DNA of 64,000 bases from Eledone cirrhosa (taxonomy: Eukaryota), in contig OZ024750.1 in assembly GCA_964016885.1 (NCBI GenBank), forward strand, positions 37,572,001 to 37,636,000, given 5' to 3'. Positions 55,203-64,000 of the stretch are shown here, piece by piece (within the stretch, counting starts at the first letter, position 1; every line of letters starts with the position of its first letter). The notes below the pieces were generated by a model. It did no database searches and was not told the DNA's origin. It worked only from the letters and a program-made list of their open reading frames with translations. The position numbers were made by a program, and so were the translations under genes.

Positions 55203-55335
55203 ATATATATATATAAATAAAATAAGAATTTTATTTCTCGCTCTAACACAGCTGATACATAAAAGTAAGTATGGAAACATACACACATATATATATATAT
55301 ATACATATGTACGTATGGGTTATATGGAACATTAA

Positions 55336-55525
55336 AAATTGTTTCTACTTTAGGCACAAGGCCAGCAATTACCCAGTGCATTACTGGTACTTTATTTTAT
55401 CGACCCCGTAAGGATGAAAGGCAAAGTCAACCTCGGCGGGATTTGAACTCAGATCGTAAAGGGACGTAAGTATGCTAGAAAGCATGGCGTCCAACCCTCT
55501 ACCGATACTGCCAATCTACTGCCCT
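55336..55525 (-). mobile_element. Meta-type tRNA SINE, full length
   Basis: Aligns to 8615-8800; flanking direct repeat TATGGAACATTAA. Confidence 0.85.
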
Positions 55526-56017
55526 ATGGAACATTAATAATAATGTTCGATCTGTTTCTAAACAAACAGCCCAATTAGAAGCTATGCCGTGCCGGTAATG
55601 ACCCAGAAACATGTTGATTGTTCCTCAAAGCCAGTGTTGAACAAACAGATGACGATCAGTCATAGGCACAGCACACCTTCTAATCGGGCCGTTTGTTATC
55701 CAACCATCTTGTTCAGGGTCTACCACTGGGCCTCCTGCCGGTTGGTTTTGCCCATAAAATCTGTTCGGTGATTCTTCTGAGACATTCTAACCACATGTCC
55801 ATAGTATCAGAGCTGTGATATCTCAATTCGTAATACAATAATCTACCTCTACACAAGAACGGGTTGTATCATAGGGACTCCCCCACCCCCATCACTACAT
55901 GTGTTGTCTCTCTGTCCTGACATGTGTAGCTGGTCCACATGTGTGTTCTATCCATGTGTGTCACTTGACCACATGTGTTCTTTCCATGTGTGTCACCTGA
56001 CCACATGTGTGGCTTGA

Positions 56018-56365
56018 CCACACTGTAATATCAAAAGATATTTTACCACACTGTGATATCAAAAGATATTTTACCACAGTGTAATATCAAAAGATATTTT
56101 ACCACAGTGTAATATCAAAAGATATTTTATCACACTGTAATATCAGAAGATATTTTACCACACTGTGATATCAAAAGATATTTTACCACACTGTGATATC
56201 AAAAGATATTTTACCACACTGTGATATCAAAAGATATTTTACCACACTGTGATATCAAAAGATATTTTACCACACTGTAATATCAAAAGATATTTTACCA
56301 CACTGTGATATCAAAAGATATTTTACCACACTGTGATATCAAAAGATATTTTACCACACTGTAAT
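56018..56365. repeat. 28-bp minisatellite (~12 copies)
   Basis: CCACACTGTGATATCAAAAGATATTTTA. Confidence 0.95.
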
Positions 56366-56379
56366 ACTGTTATTGTTAT

Positions 56380-56505
56380 TGTTAGGGTAGGGTTAGTGTT
56401 AAGGATAGGGATAGGATTGCAGTTAGGGTTAAGGATAGGGTTAGTGTTAGGGTTAGGTTTAGAATTAAGGATAGGGTTAGTGTTCGAGTCATGTTTAGGG
56501 TTACG
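56380..56505 (+). repeat. Degenerate TTAGGG-like tract
   Basis: GTTAGGGTAGGGTTAGTGTTAAGGATAGGG...TTAGGGTTAGG. Confidence 0.8.
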
Positions 56506-56945
56506 GTGATCCAAGTGGCACCCTAATCCCTTCTGTTTTCTAGGAAATTGATCTTTGCAGACAGTTCGGATGTCAGATTAATTATATAGCACATGAAAAA
56601 AACGAGGAAAAACAATTTCCCATAAAAGGCAAGAAGTGTGTAGATCTGTGAAACTCTGGTCTTTCTGGCCCCTTCCCCCTTTCTTTTTCTGAAAAGCTAG
56701 TCCAACTGGTTTGGAGGTCATAGTCATTGAACCCCCCATTCCCTTAATTGTTAGATAGCACACGAAAAGGGTTTTTTTTTAAACTGTGAGGAAAAACAAA
56801 TTATTTCCCACCGAAATTGAAGGAGTGTTCTATAAATTTACCTGAAATACAAGCATTCCTTATTGTAGCAACTGGGTTAGCCCCTTAAAAAATGTTGTTT
56901 TTTTTTTAATTTGTTGCTTGAGTAAATCGTATTCATTATATAAAC

Positions 56946-57756
56946 CAGGGTTTCCCAACCTGGGCGATATCGCCCACCGGTGTACGATTTCAACTATCGG
57001 GTGGGCGATGAACGAATTTTTAGGAAATGGTGGTTGATCTAAAATTTTGGTGGGAGACAAAGGATTTTCAGTAATTAAGTATGCTATTGATCATATAATT
57101 GTTTCTACTTTAGGCACAAGGCCAGCAAATACCCAGTGCATTACTGGTACTTTATTAATGGCCGGTATGCTGTAATCACAGAGCTCGGATTCGCTCTTCC
57201 CTAGTGTGTCTGCACTAGCTGCGTCGCATCAGCCTCAAGGATCACACTGAAAGCTAAACATGGTGAGTTTGTTGAACATTTAATACATGTATCATTTTTC
57301 CATTTTGTTTCATTGAGAAACATTTAGCAATCAAAAACTTCACTCTTCTGAATAACGTTTCAACTCCGAATGCTCATTTTGCAATATTTCATTTTTTAAG
57401 CAACCGTTCTGAATAATGCTTTATTTTTATGTCCTTAAAATTACTGCACAGGTGGGCGCAGAGTGGGATTTACGTATAAGCTATAGCTTAGGGCCCCCAC
57501 TTTCTTGGGGCCCCGAAAAAATAGAAAAAAAAACGGTGTGTACATTTTCAAAATATAAGATAAAAAAGAACTTTAAAAAATGCAAGTTTTAAAGTTTTCT
57601 GAACGTTTAAAGTTTATTGAACGTTTTGCAGTTTTTATAACATTTTTTATAACATATAAAGGGCCTCATCAAATCTAAATCCTGCCCTCGGTGGGCGATG
57701 GGAATTTTTGTGTGTGGAAAAGTGGGCGATAACGACAAAAAGGTTGGGAACCCCTG
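56946..57756. mobile_element. Non-autonomous hAT (Charlie-type) element
   Basis: TIRs CAGGGTTTCCCAACCT / AGGTTGGGAACCCCTG; exact 8-bp TSD ATATAAAC. Confidence 0.9.
57459..57690. mobile_element. Nested hAT-type MITE
   Basis: 8-bp TSD GGTGGGCG; imperfect TIRs CAGAGTGGGATTT / AAATCCTGCCCTC. Confidence 0.7.
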
Positions 57757-58339
57757 ATATAAACTGTCACTCAGAACATTTCAACACGTTGCTACACAAT
57801 CAAAGGGAAGTAACTATGCTTAATTTATAGAAATCTGTTGATCATAACATATTTACATGGGAGAGAAACCATAGAAATGATATATTGTAGAGAAAGTACA
57901 GTGAGTTATAGTCTTTGTTGCCTTAACAAAGGTATTTGACTCTGTCAATCACGGTGCTTTCTGGTCAGTGCTGAAGAAGATTGGGATTCCTAATATGCAA
58001 GTGTCAGAGAATGTTTTATCGGATCTTTTTCATGTAAAAAATGGAAGAAAGTAGGAGTATGTAATGACCCTTGTTTTGTTTGCTATTTATTTTTCTCTGA
58101 TACTAGAGCAGGGGTCGGCAACCTTTTGGAGAGAGAGGGCCAAACAGCTATGCAGTGTCATGGAGGAGGGCCATGTTATTAAATATGTAAATAAATTTTC
58201 TGGAGGTTTAAAGCAAAACAAGGAATTTAATATAATTTTATTTTACTGCAGGAATAACAGAAAAACAACTACTATCAAAATCAACAAAAAAAAAAGAAGC
58301 AAATTCCTTGCTACAAACGAAATACAGTTAGAAATGGTA

Positions 58340-61300
58340 AATGATTGTGCGATAACTTTTCCACATCAGGTGAAATATTTGTCGATGACAGGAGCAAAAC
58401 ATCATCCAGGTGGTCGTCACGCAACCTTGTTCTGAAATGACTTTTAGTATATTTCATTTTGGAAAAAAGTTGTTCACAAGCATATGTACTTCCAAATAAT
58501 GATATCATCAGTTTCTCATCAGTCAAGATGTTTTTATATTCTCCGCTTGACAATATATATTTCTTGTAGAAGTGGATTAGAACTGAAATTTCGATTTCAA
58601 AGATTCGTCGCACTGTAAGTCAATTAACTCCAACTGATATTCTTCTGCCACTTGCTCAACATCTGTTTCGTAAGGAGTACCAAATAACTTAGAGTTCCAT
58701 ATTGCCGGCAGTCAGCAAAACGAGAGGAAAACTCGCTTCTCAAATCCTTAATAGAGCTCACAAAGATGTCTGGTATTATATCTCTCTTGTGATTTTGGAG
58801 ACTTGGGAAATGAGAGTAGTTTCCTTTTTGAAGTTGTGATTCCCACAGTCGAAGTTTTCTCTCAAAAGCAGTAATTTGACCAAACATCTCAAATACAACC
58901 TTGTTCTTTCCTTGAAGCTCAAAATTCAAAGTGTTCATGTGGGTCGTGATGTCCACTAAAAAAGCTAACTTGACAACCCACTGTGGATCCTGAAAGTAAA
59001 AATTATCTTGGTCTTTGCTCTCTAAAAACATAGAAATCTCTTCTCTCAATGCATATACTCGTTCTATCATTTTTCTGCGGCTAAGCCATCGAACATTTGA
59101 AAAATATGTAAGGTTGCCATACTCTGCTTCAATTTGTTTAAGAAATTCTTGAAACTGGCGGTGATTTAGTCCTCTTGACAGTATAAAATTCACTGTTGTC
59201 TCGATCACTGCCATGATGTCCTTAAAATTCAAATGCTTCTTGATGAATAATGCATGAAGTTTGATTAGTTTTTCATCAATACCTATGTTGTTTTGGAGCA
59301 ATGCAACAAACCCCTTTTTCTCTCCAACCATTGCTGCTGCACCATCTGTGATTACTCCAGAAAGCTTTGATAAATCCAGATTCATTTCGGTAATCGATTT
59401 TATTATGATTTCCAAAATATCTGCTCCAGTGCTAGTGTCCTTCATAGGAATCAATTGTACAAATTCTTCCACAATATCAAATGTTGGTGTTACACCTCTC
59501 ACAAACACTGCAAGTTGACAAGTATCCTTCATATCTAGCAATGGAATAATACTTCAGATTATTTAAAATGCCCTCCATGCCACTTCTGACATTTGCTGCC
59601 AGCTCTTCAATTCGCCTTGTTACTGTTCTTGCCGATAAGCTGATCGCAGAAAATAATTCTCTTTTTTCTGGACAAACAACATCTGCTACCTTCAACAATA
59701 ATTCTTTGAAGAAATCTCCATCAGTAAAAGGTTTCATCCTTTCTGCAATTAGTTTTGACACCTCGTAGCTAGCACGAGTGTTTCGGTCACTTTCTTCAAC
59801 TTTTCTAGTGAAAAAGGATTATAGCGGGATTACTGGTTGTTTGAATGTAACAAAACGAGACAATGTTTGTGTATATAATATTTAATTAACGGTAGATAGA
59901 ATACTTGACATGTCAAAGATAGATGTTAGAATGAAACAAAGTTAGTAGTTACCGTTTTGATTGCCAGGCAAATGCGACTGGCAGAGGGCGCCTGGCCTTA
60001 GCCAGGCGCCTGTTGGCCAAATTAATGGCAGAGCCAAATGAGAAGACTCTTGACCTGGTGCCGAAAAGGCAAAGAGAGAGGAAGGAAGCTTAACGTTGTT
60101 AGTTTTATAGGGCTCTGACCGGAAGTTGCAGAAAGGGTTCCACTTCCCGTCTAGATCCCAATCAAAACAAGGGAGACAACCGCTACATAACCTCCCGCCA
60201 GAATTTTAGTGTATAAAAATCGAAATGAAAATATGTAGCAAGTTGGCGAGAATGTTGTAACAGGCATGGAAATTACGACAAAAGAATGTCTGGAAAAATC
60301 AATGATAGATATCAAGGTAACCAACCGCTCTTGGCCAGAGAACGACTGGACATCCATCTATCCATCACCCAAAGACACAATGTAATAAAGTAAAAGTAAT
60401 AGAAGAGCTCAAAGCTCAAAATATAGTTCACAGGTGTGTAATCACATGACAGCAGGAAAGAAAGTGTGTTCCAGAGAATGAATGCAGGTGGTTTCTGTTC
60501 TGTGGTATATCGTGAAATTTCCAACCTCCGAATGGATTTTCTCACAGGAAGAGTGCTGCAAAAATGAATTCTCTGGCTTTGGTGAAGCTGTATTGATGTA
60601 TTGCTGTTGCTGTTGTCTCGCTGAGTGAGCGTATTCGGTGTTTAAATTCACAGTAAAAAAATTTTTTTTTAGAAAAAATGAGTTGCGCAAAGTGCTAGAA
60701 ATAGCAGCCGAAGTTGATGGTCGATGTTGAGAATGCGTTGACCTGGAAGGGTCAAGAGGCCAGCGACCAGAGAAATAAGCATTCTTAATAAATGCGCGGT
60801 TATCAACGGTAAATTTACATTGTAAATTTATAAACCGGCAAATAGAAGAATATAGCTTAAGGCTGAAGAATCCCTGGTGATAAATGGCGTGCGGCTGTCT
60901 GTGAGTAAAGACATCTCAGTGAATCGAGAATTTATGCTGCCTACACGTGCCAATACAAGGTTGAAAAAAAAATATTTCTAACGCGCGAGAAAATGATAGT
61001 GCAATTTTGAAAGTGACAATGATGAAAAAGAAAGGCTTCAATCAGCATAATTATAGGTGTGAACTTTTGGAAAAAAAAAAAAAAAAAACTTGAACGATGA
61101 AGAAAACGAAGAACAAAAGGCAATGGTTCATCGAAAATAAATGTTCCTGTTGAAATGTTTTTTAAAGAATATCAAATTTCTTTTTTTTTTTGTGTGTGTT
61201 TTGAAAGAGTTCGTTGTAAGAAACGAGAAACATATATATATATCGTGAAATGTTTTTTTTGTTTTGAAAGTGTTCGTTGTAAGAAACGAGAAACATATAT

Positions 61301-62192
61301 ATATATCGTGAAATGTTTTTTTTTTGTTTTGAAAGTGTTCGTTGTAAGAAACGAGAAACATAAATATATATATTGGTGAAATGCGACAGTTAATTGATGC
61401 GTGAGAGAAAAAGTATGTCTGTGCGAATTCCACATGTGCGTGTGTGCGTGTCCTTGAGTATTTTCATAGTTTGTCGCTAAATTTGCTGTGTATTCGTAAT
61501 GTTACTCACAAAACCAGATGTGCTATTTTTTTCTTTTTTTGGGGGTGACCACTTATAGCGATGAACGGCTGCGTGTTCGTATCACGTCAGGGTTACCAAT
61601 ATAGCGGGATTACTGGTTGTTTGAATGTAACAAAACGAGACAATGTTTGTGTATATAATATTTAATTAACGGTAGATAGAATACTTGACATGTCAAAGAT
61701 AGATGTTAGAATGAAACAAAGTTAGTAGTTACCGTTTTGATTGCCAGGCAAATGCGACTGGCAGAGGGCGCCTGGCCTTAGCCAGGCGCCTGTTGGCCAA
61801 ATTAATGGCAGAGCCAAATGAGAAGACTCTTGACCTGGTGCCGAAAAGGCAAAGAGAGAGGAAGGAAGCTTAACGTTGTTAGTTTTATAGGGCTCTGACC
61901 GGAAGTTGCAGAAAGGGTTCCACTTCCCGTCTAGATCCCAATCAAAACAAGGGAGACAACCGCTACAGGATGATTGCTTTGTTACATTATTTCTCAGCCG
62001 TGCAACTTCGTTTACTCGTGCTTTTCCAGTAAAACTATTGTAATGATTATGACGAGTTTATAGTGCCGTTTAATATTTGAAACTTTCTTCACGGCAATGG
62101 TTTTCGAAGTGCTCAATGAAAAAATAGCTAAGTGTGCAGCCATCGTTAGAAGTTCGGCACTCCAAATCCACTTTTCTTTTCTTAGCTTCCAT
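58340..62192 (-). pseudogene. Disrupted hAT transposase, interrupted by the LTR element
   Basis: MEAKKRKVDLECR start; KPFTDGDF, LSARTVTRRI, TDGAAAM, VRWLSR, FGSTYACEQLFSKMK. Confidence 0.9.
59820..61967 (-). mobile_element. Non-autonomous LTR retrotransposon, 2148 bp
   Basis: 368-bp LTRs (59820-60187, 61600-61967), identical by eye, with ends TGTAGCGG..CCGCTATA. 4-bp TSD GGAT. PBS TGGTAACCCTGACGTGAT (tRNA-Trp). PPT GGCGGGAGG. No gag/pol recognised. Confidence 0.93.
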
Positions 62193-62270
62193 GGGCTTGT
62201 TTTTGTTCAAACAAAAAAAGATTTATGGAAAGGAAAAAGAACAAAAAGTATAATAATCAGAATGAAGAAA

Positions 62271-62521
62271 TAATTGTTTCTACTTTAGGCACAAGGCCAG
62301 CAATTACCCAGTGCATTACTGGTACTTTATTTTATCGACCCCGTAAGGATGAAAGGCAAAGTCAACCTCGGCGGGATTTGAACTCAGATCGTAAAGGGAC
62401 GTAATATGAAGAAATAATTGTTTCTACTTTAGGCACACGGCCAGCAATTACCCAGTGCATTACTGGTACTTTATTTTATCGACCTCGTAAGGATGAAAGG
62501 CTAAGTCAACCTCGGCGGGAT
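62271..62521 (-). mobile_element. Two tandem 5'-truncated Meta-type SINEs
   Basis: Both align to 8612-8745; ATGAAGAAATAAT is duplicated around the first. Confidence 0.85.
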
Positions 62522-63557
62522 ATGAAAACAAATGTAAATGCAAATACAGTAATGCGATAAAATATGATAATTGTGAATATAAAACCAGGTTTCTGTTAGA
62601 TCAGGGTTACCATTTGTTTTTTTAAACCACTTTTGGCCTAATTCTAATAATAATAATAATAATAATTTACACAATTTATCACAAATAATTAAATAAACGT
62701 TATTATTGAATAAAGATACCTACTGTATAGTTGTTATACCACCAGACAACAAACTCAAATGAAAATACTCTGGGGAGGAAGGAACGAAGTAATTTTTCCC
62801 AGGACAGCTTTACCTTGTGCCGGGGGGCACAGGTAAGGTCAGGCAAACGAAGACGACAATAATTCACGAGTGATTTTATTGAAAGACGATATGGGTATAA
62901 AAGCGAGTCATACGATCCGTAGGGTAGTATACCTTCCAGTCGATGACGAAAATGCATACTTCCAACCAACATTTGTGTTTGTTGACTAGAACAAAAACAC
63001 ATACATGAAATCACAGGAAATAATACGGAAAGCCCAGAAAAAGACGGATAAGAGGAAATAATAATAAATGGAAAATATAATAAGGTTTAAAGGTATCTGT
63101 AAATATATACGTTATGAGCAGCGATTTGTGATGGGCATCAGGTCGACACAGCCTTGAAGTGTACTACTGTATCTATATTCGATACTAATTAGATAATTAG
63201 TGTCCAGTGTAAGATGGCGGGCCGGACAAAAATCGCTCGAGGGCCGGATGTGGGCCGGGGGTTGCCGACCCCTGTACTAGAGTATCAAGGATTATAATGA
63301 TGGTATTTTGTTTGAATTTAGAACATTAGGTGGTTTCATCAATCACCAAAGATTTAAGGTGAAGACTCTTACTAGAACAAAAATGCTTCTTGTTTGCTGA
63401 TAATGCAGCTCTAAACCAATTTAAGAAGAGGCATAACACTACTTATGCCCCAAAACAGAGCACGTTAGGTAAAATTATTGTGGACAACAAGCCTCTAAAG
63501 TATGTGAAGTCTTTCACATACTGAGGAAGTAAAATCAATTCTAGTGATTCTCTAGAC

Positions 63558-63818
63558 CAGTCTTGGGCAATCTGTGGCCCGTGGAGCTTTCTGAGTATCT
63601 CGCCTAAGTTACCTAAGTGAAATCTTTCTGCTTTTTTTACCCCGAGTTTTCAGTCGTAATTTATTATCTTTCTATCATCTTTACGATCGAGGAAAACAAC
63701 CTGAGTTACAGCCCTTTTATTTTAATGTGGGCACGAATGTAAATTAGCGCTTGCGGCCTGCCTGATGATGAACAATATCTCATGTGGCCCACTACTCGAA
63801 AAAGGTTGTCCATGCCTG
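63558..63818. mobile_element. hAT MITE
   Basis: TSD CTCTAGAC; ends CAGTCTTGGGCAA / TTGTCCATGCCTG. Confidence 0.8.
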
Positions 63819-64000
63819 CTCTAGACGATGAAATAGTGAATAAAATCACCAAGGCTATTGAGGCCTTCAGAAAACTGCAAGCATGGGTATGAAATAAGAG
63901 AGGATTGAGTTTGAAACCAAAATCTCAGTTTATCTTGCAAGTTGTCATCTCAATATTGCTGTATGAATCTGAATCGTGGGCACCATATAGAAAATATATC

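Larger units (their letters stand above)
58109..63274 (-). mobile_element. hAT (SPIN/GTF2IRD2-like) DNA transposon
   Basis: Perfect TIR CAGGGGTCGGCAACC / GGTTGCCGACCCCTG; exact TSD TACTAGAG. Confidence 0.95.
57850..64000 (+). mobile_element. Old degraded RTE-type LINE, split by hAT insertions (57850-58108, 63275-63557, 63819-64000)
   Basis: LTKVFDSVN..ALWSVLKKIGIP, LLFADNAA and LLYESESW-like remnants. Confidence 0.65.

Noticed and set aside
60660-61060. Cys/His-containing frames inside the LTR element
   Set aside because: Short, interrupted, and with no recognisable domain.
62601-62612. TCAGGGTTACCA identical to the PBS end
   Set aside because: Only 12 nt with no adjacent LTR; chance or a transposon-end motif.

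Overview
This is eukaryotic, AT-rich, repeat-saturated genomic DNA. The SINE, RTE and Penelope content and the huge (TA)n tracts suggest a mollusc, probably an octopus (inference). The only host coding sequence I recognise is coding exon 1 of a quiescin sulfhydryl oxidase (QSOX, minus strand, 34565-34865); no second exon is recognisable, so positions 1-34564 are probably intron 1. The rest is transposon-derived: CR1-like, RTE, Tx1/L1 and CRE LINEs, Penelope-like elements, two tRNA-SINE families, hAT transposons/MITEs with exact 8-bp TSDs, and a young non-autonomous LTR element. Main signals not shown by the ORF track: (1) at least eight hammerhead-ribozyme motifs from about five Penelope-type repeat families, five of them sense to the QSOX pre-mRNA and including two same-family pairs, plus fold-back palindromes built from ribozyme halves; (2) an ~11-kb mosaic TTCGAA satellite between two Penelope pseudo-LTRs; (3) three adjacent minisatellites upstream of QSOX, each amplified from a LINE coding segment; (4) an LTR element whose tRNA-Trp primer site extends ~17 nt past the usual 18 nt, with an A>T change at the m1A58 position; (5) a PHD-like finger inside the RTE reverse transcriptase. 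All folds and alignments were done by eye. Most ORFs in the supplied track are microsatellite artefacts.
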